Source: Catajapyx aquilonaris
Taxonomy: Eukaryota
Assembly: GCA_000934665.2 (NCBI GenBank)
Contig: JYFJ02003250.1
Location: 1 to 44,554 of the forward strand
DNA: 44,554 nucleotides
Direction: 5' to 3'
Shown: in pieces, positions 11,401 through 24,700 of the stretch
How the letters are laid out: each line of letters starts with the position of its first letter
Numbering within the stretch: position 1 is the first letter of the stretch
Translations under genes and position numbers: made by a program
Notes under the pieces: generated by a model
What the model saw: only the letters and a program-made list of their open reading frames with translations
The model's database searches: none
Told to the model about the DNA's origin: nothing

Positions 11401-14400
11401 CGTGCTCAAAATGGTGCAAGTCACCATCCTGCACGCAATAAAAATGATGTATAAATTTATACACTCTGAGGTGACACGTACGCTACAACGTCCCGTGTTT
11501 CCTGACTGACCTTGACCTCGGGGCGTGCTGCAGAAAGCCGTACTCGAGCTTGTCTAGACGCGGGAGGGGGTGGTAGATCGTCTTGATGGGATGGGCCAGG
11601 TCCTTGAGAAACGCCCTGCTCTGGGCGTTTGCCAGCGCGTCCATCTCCAGGTTGGCCGTCAGAGGGTAGTAAGGGTTGAAGTAGATATTGACGTCCATGT
11701 ACAGCTCCTCGTAAGCGTCGTGTTTCATGGTCAGCTCCAGCCCTCCCAGGCAGTGCCTTCGGTACCAGTCGGGATCGAGCTGTCCCAGTTCTTTCAGATC
11801 TGCTGCCATGTCTCCAGTGCCGTTCACAATTTTGACTAGGTTGCCTGCAACGGCGTGCCATAGAAAGTTAAGACAAGGGTACGTCGTGGTCCAACCCAAA
11901 GACAACGACGTGTGAACCCGGCTTCACGCTGTAATATACCTTGGAACAGCTCGGGGAAAGCCTTCACAATTTTACTAGAGACATTTCCGCCGGACCAGAA
12001 CATCATGGTCGGATCTTTGTACGCCTCCACAGTGACATAAGCAGGCGGCGCATCCCACGGGGTTGTCTTTGACTGCTGGTCGGACCCCACTTGAATTTCG
12101 TAGCCAACTCCCACGGGGTCTTCCGTGCCGGCCATCCTCATGATCACCGCGGCGACCACGAAGAGCAGCAGGTACAGCAAGATGTTCCAGGTGAGGGTCC
12201 AGGGGTTCCTCCAGACCTGGGCCACGCTCTTGAAGAGCAGCGCCGAGAACGGCCCGGTGCTTCCTCCGAGCCCGATCCTGGGCGGCTTCTTGGAGGAGGA
12301 CCACCAGGTGGTGTCCTCCTCGAGGGCCAGCAGGTCCTTCGCGTTGTGGATGCCCCTCCGCACCGCCTCGTCCAAGGTGACGTACCTGAGCCGCACCGTG
12401 GCCGAGGCCTCCAGATCCGGCATGGCCTCAATCAGCTCCGACCTCAACTGGGGCGGCACTATGGCCGCCTCGCTCTTCCCTTCCCCGAAAGTGTCCTCCT
12501 CGTCGTCCCGGTCTATCAGGTTGGCCGGCTCGGCCCACGGGAGGACCCTTTCCAAGAGACCCTCCGTCTCATCGCCTGCCACCTCAACCACGTACCCGGC
12601 TTCCACGTCCCTCAGAACATCCTTAGGACGGTGAGGAGGAAAACAAACGTCTGAGGAATGTCGGCTTCTCTAACCAACACAGTAGTAATGTACCTCAGGG
12701 GATCCGAAAGCCCAGAGGAACCGGCTGCGAAGAGCCGCCACCTTCCATCCCATCTCGAGGGCCTCCCGTCCGTCTGTGGTGGTCAGGACGATGGGAATGT
12801 CCCTCTCTTCGGACATTGACGAGAGGAGGTCGCGCAGCTGGCTCCTCTCCCTCTCGACCTCGTGATGGTCCAGGGAGGGCGAACTGGGCCAGCTCCAGGG
12901 CTCGTCTAGCACCGCCAGATCAGGGGTTCCCACCAGGCATATCCCGATGACCAGCCGGGCCTGCATGGCCGGAGGAAGGTCCTGCGCGGTCCAGCGGGAC
13001 ACGTGCAGGAGGGACAGCTCCTCCTCCATGCTCATGGCTTCAGTCAATGGGTCTTTCTCACCTCGAAGCTGAAACGGAATTGAAATTGCGCCGCGTACCA
13101 GCAAAAAAACAATATTATTGGTACACACCTTGGCGAACAACAGCAAGTTGTCCCTGACTGTGAGGTGCTGGTGGAAGCAGGAAGGGCCGAGGGTCAGCCC
13201 CACGTCTCCCCAGAGCACAATCGGGCCCAGGGGCCGCCCCAGGGACAACCTAGTTCCGGCCAGGGTGGAGCACAGAGACGTCTTTCCGGAGCCTTCCTGG
13301 CCCCACACCACAGTCATGGTCCCCTGCTCGAAGACGACCGTTTCGGTTCCCCTGAACGAGCCCCTGCTGCTGTCGGTGAAATTGGCCAGATGCAGCTCCA
13401 TGCCTGCCACGATCTCGCCCCTCAGGTGCGCCGGCCACGCCTCGGACACTTCCGGGTGCGGGTGCCGCACCAGGTGCATCACCCGAGCCAGGATGGCTCC
13501 CACACCCAGGTACAGCGGCACTGAGGAGGCCAGGCAGATCAGGGAGTACAACAGGCACCAGTCGTCCACACGGCCTACGCGGTCCACCTGGTCGAGGGAC
13601 GCTCCTTTGACTATGTCCTGCCAGTACAGGTTGTCTCCTGCGTCGGACCGCATGGACAAGAAATAATGTTGACCCTTCTGATTCATGACTGTAAGGGCAC
13701 TCAGCACATACCATTGATGTAATTCAATGCAATTACTTGAAGGGCGAAAATGAAGCTGCAGTGGGGGTGCAGGAAGGACACGATGAACTTTGCCCAGGCG
13801 ATGATCTGAAAGTAGTGGTCATGCAGCAGGCCAGACGAAACGTATCCTGCGACCAGCCAGGTCCCCACTGTGACGACCGTCCCTGCGAAAACTGACACAA
13901 GAACAGAGTCACCTCTCATCGGACCACCTTGCTGTTACGCTCACCTGTCCGGGTCAAGGCAACAATTATGGAGCAGAATGCCAGGTTGGACGCAGCGAAC
14001 AGGAGCAGCGTCACGAAGAGGAGTGAGCAGCTGGTGGTGTCCAGCGCTGCTCCGTTGCCTCCAGAGAAGTCGTAGGTTATGATCCAGCTGGATATGGCGC
14101 AGGAAACGGCCAAGGGAATAAAGGCGCCCAGGTACCAAGCCAGGTACTGCGTCACCTTTCCTGCTCCAGCTGCTCTCTCGGATTCCTGGACATAAATTAT
14201 TCAACATGAAGGCTGCTTAGTGGACGACCCTGGAACAACCACTTACCGCGATTCCGCACTCCCTCTCTTGCAAAATGGCGTGAACCAGGATCGCCCAGGA
14301 AGCCAAGAACCCGAGGGGAAAGAAGTAGATCAGGCAGGTGACGTGGGCCATCTTGGTGTCGCGTATCGTGCGGACGCGGGTGGCAGGAAACGGAATCGTG

Positions 14401-16135
14401 TAGAAAGAAGGCTACGGAATTCAACAGTGTGGTACTATAGTATATAGATGACAAACAGACAGCAAAGACTGGGCCAAACCTTGACGTAGAAATCCTGAAG
14501 TTCGGAGCAGTCGTCTCCATGACAATGCTTGGAGTAGTCCACGACAGGAATCCATTGCAGGAAGTGGAAGCGACGTCGAAATAGTCCCACCACTTATTAG
14601 TGGGAGGAAAATTATTTCGAATATTCGTTATGTAACTACGTATGTAAGGAGCCAGTGGTAGAGCAGGGCAGCCGGTACACTCCAATTAACGTGGTAACTA
14701 ATGCCGATTGGAGGCCTTCATGAGTCAAAAATTACCTCACTTGAAGGGATTGAACGAGTGTAACCAGTTTTTCGACTCTACCACTATCAGTACAACATTG
14801 TTATAATGCAACAGTCGCGATAAGGAGGATATACCTTCGTTGCTTATCTGCTCAGGTTCCAGATTCCAGTACTGAGACACGAGGCGGTTGCTCAGCTCGT
14901 GAAAAAGCCTGTATTTGATGGTGATCTGCGTTTGGTCTCGGCCGACATGGTCAGCGGTTTCGTTTGCCGTTGGGTCGTAGACGTACGCGCCTCCGAGGTA
15001 ATTGTACTCTCTGCTTCTGTACGCTTCCAAGAGGAGATCTACCATTTCTTGCTCAGTCTCGACCAGCACGATATCTGAAAAATCACGTTTATGACGCATC
15101 CGAGCGAAATGGCACAAATGAGGGGTGTGGTGGGAAAAGGTGATAACCCACAAAAGTGTAATTTTTCAGGAGAGCGAATTGAAGTTTGCGTTCTCTTCAC
15201 AAATCTGCGACTTATGATCGAGTCAATGTTGCCTTCTCGTGTATATATGATACGTCTTCAGAAAGTACTTACGCTCTTTGGGCAAAAGCAGGCTGTTTCT
15301 GGAGAGATTCTTCAAGAGGTCGTCGGTTGGTCCGTAAGCCATCTTCCACATGAGAGCCTTATGCTGTAGACTCTGCTCGAGGGTGGCACTGGCCACGTGC
15401 TCTGCATCCATGGTATCATCTTCCCGCGTCTGGATCGTGTTCCTCAGAGGAGACAAGTATGGCCTGTACCCTACATCACCCGATTCCAACACCTTCTCCG
15501 GAATCTGATGCTTGTCGTTCACCTCAGCTTCCAGTAGTACTGGCTAATGAGACAAGTAACATGACGCAACGTCTTTCTCATTGGTGCCCGAAAGTGTCAA
15601 GGGGTGGAATTTTCGTCCCACTGCCAGTTACTACTTAGCAGTGCCAATGCCAACACTGGTACTGCTAAGTTAGCAGTAACTGGCAGTGGTACGAAAATTC
15701 CACCCAAGAATAATTTCTTAGCTCCAACTTGGAGGTTATGTGTACAGTACAAATCCTTCAGACCCATGGACTAGCTCATTATCGCGGAATAAAAGGTGAA
15801 GACAGAATAAAACCACATGTAAATATACCTCTAGAGGCTCAGTGACCTTGTAGACAAAGGCTGGCGATTTGTGTCGTACGTGTACGACCAGTCCTGCCAT
15901 AATAATAGGAAACAACAGTTCGCAGAGGAAGAGGAGTCGAAGGCTCCGTCGTCGAGCCCATTGCTTCCAAAGGAGGGCCCAAAAAGGGGCTCCGACTGGC
16001 CGACCACCGTACTTGACTCCTTCTGTTTGAGAGAAGGACAAGACCACATCACCCCAATGCTCATCCCTTCGGACACTGCCTTTCCTCATCCACATACTTA
16101 CCATGAACGTGAAGTTTGTTGCGACACAAAGCCAT
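8483..16135 (-). CDS. Full-length ABC transporter, subfamily A (TMD-ECD-NBD x2), highly divergent with degenerate NBDs; multi-exon
   Basis: ABCA-type N-terminus FWALLWKQWARRR...ELLFP (15880-15990), ILQERECGIA|ESERAAG, NBD1 Walker A GQEGSGKTS, LTVRDNLLLFAK|LRG, LAVLDEP, AFGSPE|DVLRDVEAGY, second-half FSALLFKSVAQVWRN, NBD2 GECVAVVG ... CEALCDRVAVL, stop at 8483-8485. Probable ATG at 16135 (MALCRNKLHVH). Hand-joined exons keep frame with GT-AG introns; a few donors in the first extracellular domain are weak or uncertain. Confidence 0.85.
15602..15705. mobile_element. 104-bp hairpin MITE in an ABCA intron (possibly PIF/Harbinger-type)
   Basis: Arms GGGTGGAATTTTCGTCCCACTGCCAGTTACT... / ...AGTAACTGGCAGTGGTACGAAAATTCCACCC, nearly fully palindromic, with AAG on both flanks (15599-15601, 15706-15708) as a 3-bp TSD. 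Confidence 0.7.
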
Positions 16136-16283
16136 TACGGAAGGTCAGTGGAATACGGATCAACACCGACTGCTGTTCATTGTTGCTCGATGTTTGTGCA
16201 GAACTACGTTGCCATTGGTGATGGCAGTGATTTAATAATGAAGTGATTGCTCATCAAACATTACACGGCATTTAGTGCAAAAC

Positions 16284-16289
16284 TTTATT
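16284..16289 (-). terminator. Candidate polyadenylation signal (AATAAA) of RPTP paralogue A
   Basis: TTTATT on the + strand, about 300 bp past the RPTP-A stop codon. Position only. Confidence 0.35.
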
Positions 16290-16582
16290 TTTGCATGGTA
16301 GAGTTTACAAATTAATGTACGGTGCTTAGTACAAGGAAGCTCCATATATTCGTAATTTCTCTCAAAAACAGATTGGGAGTAAATTTCAAAATACACTTTT
16401 CAAGATGGCAAGGCAAGACATAATAGACGCCGGTCAACTTACACAAGGAACATATTTTATCGATAAATACGAAAAAGTGGCATGTGATAGTAGGGCTTAA
16501 GCTTTTCTGTTATTATTAACTCGCATAGAATAATATTTGACATAACAGCAATGTTACTCATCGACGTAGTACGTTTCAGTTT

Positions 16583-18726
16583 TCACTCAAAGTTGTTGTA
16601 CGTCTCGAAAGCTTCCAGGAAGTTCAATGCGCAGTCGTAACAGTGTCTGTACTGCTCCTGTTTTTTAAAAGGAAGAAGGACACAATCATTAATGTATAGG
16701 ATTGACGAATGTATAAAATAATAGCCTACTAACCACATTTGGGATGAAACTTGTATGACTTTGCCGAATAATTTTTGCAGCCAAGTAGACATCTACTTCT
16801 TGCTCCAACTTCATCTTGTCAAACACAAATGATACGCCGGCAAATAGACCGCAGGCAGAAGCCCCATCACTAATAGAAGAAACAGTTAATAACAATCAGA
16901 ATATGAACGAATAACTGTACATGATGACAATCCATAACTTTTTCCTCTCTCCCCTTGAACAATGCTGTTTTTCGGTACAAGTTGACTTACTAGCAAACAA
17001 GGGTGATTGGACCACCTCTAGGCGGATGCACTCTTTCCAGCACACAGTACAAGCTTAGTAGGTCTGAACTTGTGGGCAAATTAGACGTACGATTCCATCC
17101 AGGGAAGTGAAGCATGCTGACCAGACGAGATCTTTCAGCCGACTTGAATGAACGAGACTTACATTAATGAGTCCGATAACACTTAAGCTTTCCACTTACA
17201 TTGTCACTGTTGGTCATAGTGATCTGTCTCTGAACAATATTCAGTGGTGTCGACTCTTCTCTGACTTCCAGTGTCAGACAATCGAAACTAATGGGAGCAT
17301 GCTTGGGCCAAAATATCGGCGTGTTCTACAAATAAATAGAGACAGTAATTGGTTTTGAAGAAATGCACTTATTAAAGGGCTTCCAACCTGATTGTATTGC
17401 TCCGGTTCTTGCAAGACAACAATCGTGTGAGACTTGTGCTCGTAGACCATTTGCCAGAAGTGACTTTGAGTGTGTGGTAGAGGCAGCTGGGTGGCTATGA
17501 AGCGATTGATGTGTTGATAACCATTGACTGAAACTGCATTGATGAAGTTGCCTGCTGGACCACTCTCATAGGACGAGATGAATATCCGACTGTGAGGCCC
17601 TGGATATATCTCTGGGACCCGGATTTTCTCCAGCTCTTGCGGGATGGGTGTCTGGTTTTTAGGCAGCTTAAACCTGGTCTCCTCCAGCTTCCGGAACTGT
17701 TCGTCCATGTGCATCTGACCTGTTCTTCCTGTTTCTGACTTCAGAAGTGGAAGTCTGTTCCTGAAGTCAGTGCAAGGTATGCTCCAATTCTGGCCGAACA
17801 GAACTTCGACCAAGGTCAGGTGAACGAATTTGTATTGCTCCTAGAAATTTAATGAGAGTGGAGAGAAAAATACTTATTGTTTACTCCAGCAACCATTTTA
17901 AATAGGAGTAAAAGTGCACATGTCTTTCATTGTTGCTTCTGGTTTCTGATTAAATCCTCTTCTCATCGGCCACAATTCATAATTATAGTTGCGGCATGAA
18001 AATAAATCGCGAACACTTACATAACTGTCGATCATATTAGGTCTTTGAGTCCTCATAGTGCTGAAATGTTTCAAGCAATCGATGCTTGCCTCTGCCGCTG
18101 CTCTCTTCAGCATCGTGTCCAGAAGTATGATTGTACCAGTTCGACCAACACCAGCACTGGAACCAGTCATTCTTGTAACCTTGTGTTACAGACAATTATT
18201 CTAAAAGAATCTTAGTACCTGCAGTGTACGAGTATTGGTCCAGGCCCTGATGGAATCAGCATAAGTCTCTTGGCAAAAGATCCGACTGATTGGGGGTAAA
18301 ATGGGACTCCGTGGTCGGGCCAGGATGTAAAGTGTGCGTGTATCACCTATTCGTGACACATATAAACATAAAAATGGTGACTTATGTTCACTGTATTTTG
18401 TTGGCTGACTGTGGAGGAGTATTCATACCTGACGTTCTTTTCCATTCTTCTGAACAGTCAATTCACGGATAATGTAGTCGGCCAGCAGGATGTTTGTTTT
18501 GAAATACGTGATCTCTACCTCTCCATAGCATTCAGTTTGGTTTTCATTGGGCCAGTATTTCTCACACTTTTTCTGAACAATATGAACATTAGTAGAATAT
18601 AAAACGTGGCAGTAGTGAAAATTAAAATGGGAAGTCTTATGATGGTGAGCAGCTTGGGTGCGATGAAAAACCATTTATTATTTTTATACTTTTTCGAAGA
18701 AAAAAGTCTTAGGCCTATAGAACGGC

Positions 18727-18773
<47 letters not shown>

Positions 18774-21700
18774 GGGGACAGGTATCAGAAAGACAGACAG
18801 AGCCGTGCTATTTGTTGCACTACTTTTTACCGGAATAAGTAAACTTGACATGAATACAATTATGTGATTTCGTATGCATACGAAATCTCCTTCAAGCAAC
18901 AATGGGTCCCATAAGAAGTGCCTCCTTTTTCAACATAAGTTCAGTCTCGTTTACCTTCTGTTAAGAAAAGTGGGGTTTCCACAGGATGCGAGAAACTTAC
19001 TTCGCAAGTACATGCTTAAAGTTAATTTCTTCACATATCAAAACATTCAAAGCTGTGATTAATTTATACAGCAATACACACCATACCTTCTCATTTTCAA
19101 CAACATTTGTAAGCATGACGATCAATTTGACTCCTTCTTGCCAGACCATCCTCCAAAAGTCGTCAGTGGTGTTTTCCTTAGGACCTTGCGTAGCAATATA
19201 CGCCTTCTTGCAATTATACCCCTGTAACAATAATAGTTGATTTAGAACACTAATAAATAATATCTTTCTTGCCAAGAGGTTATAAGGAAACGTTTACGTC
19301 AATGTAATTGGCGTTGATGTAATCAGAGCACATATCGCTCGGAAGTTTCTCCAAAATGACACGAGTGTGGTCAACTGAAGCAAAGAGAACGTGTTAGAAC
19401 TAACTCCAGAATTGTCAAAATGTGACAGGCGGTGCCTTACATGGCACCAAGTTTCCGTATCTGTTTTTGACTTTGTTCTGAGGCAGCTTTCCGTATTCAT
19501 TCGTACGAGTCTGCACTCTCTGGGAAATCTGCTGGTTTGAGTAAGAATAAATTAATATAACAGCCACTCAATAGCAAAAGAAATGGAGCGCACTTTACCT
19601 CATGTTGGGTTTGCAATTCATGGGAAGATATAGCTCTTTCCACATACTTCTCGAAGTTAATCAGCTTGACTGGACGCGACGTGGATTCCGGTGGAGATGG
19701 GTCGTAAGTCTCGATAACCTCTTCATTTTCTTGGTCCTCATATGCATCATATGGAGAATGAGATACTTCCTTTTCTGAAAAGTGGTTAAAACATAATGTG
19801 GCAAGTGTAATAAGCGAAGTGTAATGAGAGTGTGTTACCAGGCCCGTGCGATGTGCTGCGCTCCATCCTATCGTAAATAGGAAGGACTATTTCTTCCCTG
19901 TGTATGCTGGCTCTGGGAGTCTTTTTCTTTCTATGCCAATAAGAGTGAGAGATTTATTAGTCTGTTATAACCACAGAGTGGAACATAGACTATACCTGTA
20001 AATGATTATTGCAGCCGCTAATATAGCAATGATGACAGCTGCAGCAATAATTCCGATAATTACGGAATATGAATCCCCATCGCTCTTTCTTTCTTCAGGA
20101 GATCCTTTTGCTTCTGTAAGGTAATTGCGAGGTAATAGAAGATATTATGTCTGGCTTTAATAAAAAATGAATAACTTTAAAATAACAAAAGATTACAGGT
20201 ACACGGTAATTATTCACATTGGTGAAACTTCAAAAAATGAGATAGGAAATTATTGACGCGGCCGTCTTGTGAGATATTTTGGCATTCTTAAGTATGCATT
20301 AAATCGTGTACTTATTTGAACACACAAGTGCAATTAGTGGACTCACCCAAATTGAAGTTATTTTCTGCAAAACTGACAGCGTAACTTTTTTCGTCTTTAT
20401 ATTCGCTGAGGCACAGTAGCCCAAACGTGTAGTTGACATGTTTTTGCAGAGCGAGGTCTGTAAAAGTTCCATACTTCCCGGTAGCCATTTCATCAGTCCC
20501 CAGTAATACTGTGAGGTCTTCCTTCTCAAAGAAAATTAAATACTTTATGTAGTTCGTTACTTGGTCTTTCACATGACATGTACAGTACTAAACCTGGGAA
20601 ATCTCCTTTGCAATATAAAACTGGTTGCCTCTCGCTACTTCACTGAGCTTGGTTTTCAGATTTCGCAGTGTATACAAATGAAAATCATGATCCACAATTC
20701 CTCCGCCCGACTTGACGATCACAAAACATGCGCTGTAAGTGCAGGTGAAAAGTGTGATCTTAAAGCCCATTCTGACCAAATGATAATCAGAAAAGCTACT
20801 TAACCACATTGACACTTAACCTGTCTGCACGGGCATCTAATTGCACACCATACAAATTCAGTTTCACTGTGCTATTAGAAACAGAACTAATGTCCACATC
20901 TGGTTTCCGCGAAATGACTGGCTCTGACGGTGGAGTGCTAAAGATTTTGGTTACTGGCTCTCCAGTCCCTGAGCCAGTGCTGGCTGACACTTGCAGTTGG
21001 TAAGTAGTTGAAGATTCTAGGTTGTCAATCTAGAGAGTTCATAAGATGCAGTAACTTAATGGTTTTAACGGAATTATGAAACACAGATTAGTTAAAATTA
21101 TATTACATTATATTATTATGTTTTTAGGTTCTTTCTCATGTGTTTTATTAGTTCATATGTTGGGTTAGCTTGCATCTCCCTTCATCGCTGACTACCCCTC
21201 ATAGGGAAATGTCGGGATGTTGTTGTTGTTGTTGTTGTTGTATATTACTTTTTAAAACACATCATTAATGGCTATTAAATGGCTCAAGTGGCCCACCTGA
21301 GGAGTGACAACAAGTGAGAAAATAAGTTTTAAGTGTGATTAACTTACGTCATATTTATAAACCCTTTTAGCTTCATCTGCTGGAATGGTTCTGTTGAAAC
21401 TGGCTTCTTTTGAGTCGCCGACAACGCTCATTGTTACGATGAATTTGTCCATGTTTCCATTGGGTATATCCGGGTACCCGACTTGCAATGAAATTCGGTT
21501 CTTCGTTTTGTTGGTAATATTGACGAAAGAAGGAGGACTAGGCTCTGTAAGAATATGCGCAATGTTATACGTCCTGTGTATGGTATGCTTTATATCTGTG
21601 ACCTAAAGTCAAGTACCTTATATCTACTTACTTCCTTCCACAGTCTTGATATCCCGAATTATTGCTGCCTCTCCGAAATCACTCACATTTCGATTTTTTG

Positions 21701-24700
21701 GAAACACCTGGTTTTGTTTTCCAATAGAAAAATGTATCAGTCGTGCTTGCAGTAATAGTAAACTCGCTATTTCAGACATACGTACAGTAGGCCTAATACA
21801 TAAAATGACCTAACACACTGTATCCTTATGAACATGTATTGAGTTCCATTACACGAATGAGTAAATTGTGGAGGTAGACTTTCCAGTTTCCACAAAGATG
21901 TAAATAAATAATACCGTACCTTATAACTCACTATAACTGTAACTTGCCCAATCAAAAAAATACCAATAGGCCTACTTACCATAATATTTAACCTGATTGT
22001 AAGTAAGAGTTAGCATAATGTGCTTTTAAACAGCAAGTAATGTAGTTATTTTAACCCTGTAACTATTATTCAAGTCGTCTCATATTACTTGCCCTAAGTC
22101 ATAATTATTTGGCCACCCCCAAAGAAATGGAGTGGTGGGGTTATACACAGGATGTGATAAAAAGTTTCAATTAAGATTATCTGGACTTTAGAATGGATTA
22201 TTATGGATAGTAACAATTGAGCTAGGAGGATATCAAATTGGAAGTTAATTTGACAGTTAACAACTGAAATAAATACGATTATACCTTGGACAGTGAATTT
22301 CTGCGGGGTCTGGTAAAAATTGCTGCCACTCTGTTTATTTCTTACTTAGCGGGATGTAAATGTTGATAATGAACCTCAGGGGCCACACAAACCCAAAAAC
22401 AGTATTGACATTAATTACAAAAAATCTACCACAGAATTAGAAAACATTTATCATGGCTTGCAGATATGAAATTTTCTGTGCATTTTTGAATTAAGGAATA
22501 TTTAAAGCCATTTTACTTTAATTGAATTGAAATTTTTTATCATAGCACATTGGACTGAGTTCTAGATAAACAATACTATCACATTTTAATTTATTAATAA
22601 ATAACACCGTTAAATGTGGTACAGCCAAGAGTATCAATTTCTGAAAAAATCCACTTGCGATAAATACTGTTTAATTCCGTGGTAGATTTTTTTGCAATTA
22701 ATTTCAATACAGTTTTTGTGTTTGTGAGGCCCCTGAGGTTCATTATAAACATTTACATCCCGCTAAGTAAGAAATAAACATAGTGGCAGCAATTTTTACC
22801 AGACCCCACAGAAATTCACTGTCCAAGGTATAATCGTATTTATTTCAGTTGTTAACTGTCAAATGAACTTCAAATTTGGTATCCTCCTAGCTCAATTGTT
22901 ACTATTCATAATTATCCATTCTAAAGTCCAGATAATCGTAATGGAAACTTTTTATCACATCCTGTGTATAACCCCACCACTCCATTTCTTTGGGGGTGGC
23001 CAAATAATTATGACTTAGGGCATATTAGACCTATAAATTAAATTGCGAGCTGCATGAGACAACATGCGTATTTTACGCCCTTTTATGAATATGAAACTAA
23101 TTTTACAATTTAAATATTACTATCTCTTTATAAACTGAGGGCCACTCACGTTAACTGAGTAGACGGACTCAGGGTTTAGGTTTGTGATAGTTGCGCACCA
23201 CAAGTCGTCCCACAGCCCACATGGTTCAGGAGCACTTTGGGCGCGAGTATAGCAAGGTGGGTCTTGGCATGTTGCGTCCTGTACCTGATGGGCATACACA
23301 TCATATCGTGCAATCTCTCCACACGGAGGCCAAGGAAGGGCCCATCTGACAGATATTTGACTTCCGTCTTTGGAATACGCCATCAGGTTCCTCACTGGAG
23401 GGGGAGCTGAAATATTTGACATTTACAATACTTCATAATTTCTTTCTTTTTAATATTTCCTACTCTGTACATAGCTGAATTGGCTCTTAGAATAATTATT
23501 ATATTCCAACCGTTGCATTGCTGATAGCTAAGCAAGGAGGAGGGAAAATTGCTGCAATGATATTATTGCAGGCTATGTATTGAACTGGATTCTGGTTACA
23601 CTGCTGAGGTTTGTTTATAATATTATGCAATCCTCCACGAGTCTGATAATTATTATGTTACAGTTGCCGTGTTAATAGATCCATCATGTGGAACTCTAGG
23701 GGGAAAAATAATTACCGAATCACCACCACATGGCGCTACCCTTAAATGGAAGACATCTTTATACCTGACGGAGGCAGTTTAACGCTGATGTTGAGACTTT
23801 TAGCCATGTTTCCTTCATTGTCATTGTTGACCACCCACACGGACAAGACGTATGTAGTGAACGGAATCACATCTTTTTGTAAAAAGGAGATGGCGTTGGT
23901 CACTGATGTTGCATTGGTGCTGGAAAGCCAAGGATCCGGGCTCACTAGTCGCACCCTGTACCGAATCGGACCATTGCGAAAGCGACAGTCTGGTTCTTTC
24001 CAGTTGAATGTTAAAGTCTTCAATGTTTCTGAGTATTCAGTGGGCTGTTCATGCTCAGGCTCAGGTTCAACGTCCGGCACTGAAAAAGTGACAAATATGG
24101 TGGAATCAAACAATATTATTGCAAGAGTTTGGGTTGAAAATGTTTATAAGAACATTGTTACCGCCTGGTAGAGTGCTGCCATAGACAATTTTCGATGGCC
24201 CTGTGGTTCTTTCAGTCGCTGCTGAAACTTCAACTTTGTAGTAAGAATACGGATGCAAAGGTTGCAATACGTAGCTTCTAGCAGTGATATCTTTTGGTAA
24301 CCATGCTACAGGAGAAGATTCTATGCAAGCGAGGTGTTTGACGAACTGAAAGGATTTTAACAAGTATCTATAAACTTCCTTATGTTATATATTGTTGTGA
24401 GACATGCTGAGATATGATTTGGTAATTCAAGATTTCAGGTGCTCTCTGGTTGGTACCATGCTAAGATTGGTAACTTCTCTTAACCGCTTTCTTGATTGGT
24501 TAGTGCGGTAAGCCAAATACGGTAGTAACAGACAAACAACACCTGCAATCTTGGATTAAATACCTCACACTCACAGTCAGAGCTGTGGTAAAAATATCAT
24601 CATACCTCAACTGTTAGAGTATAGTGCTCGATAGGACCATCAGGCATTGCCGGTTCTTCCCATGATATCAAAAGAGATGTATTAGATTGTGACGTCACTT

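Noticed and set aside
16102..16104. ATG at 16104 as the ABCA start (ORF track MVSMW...)
   Set aside because: It is directly followed by a GTAAGT donor, and the next acceptor requires phase 1, which fits the ATG at 16135 instead.
8483..16135. Recent horizontal transfer or bacterial contamination explaining the GC-rich ABC gene
   Set aside because: Many short GT-AG introns like those of neighbouring genes, and a eukaryotic full-length ABCA architecture.
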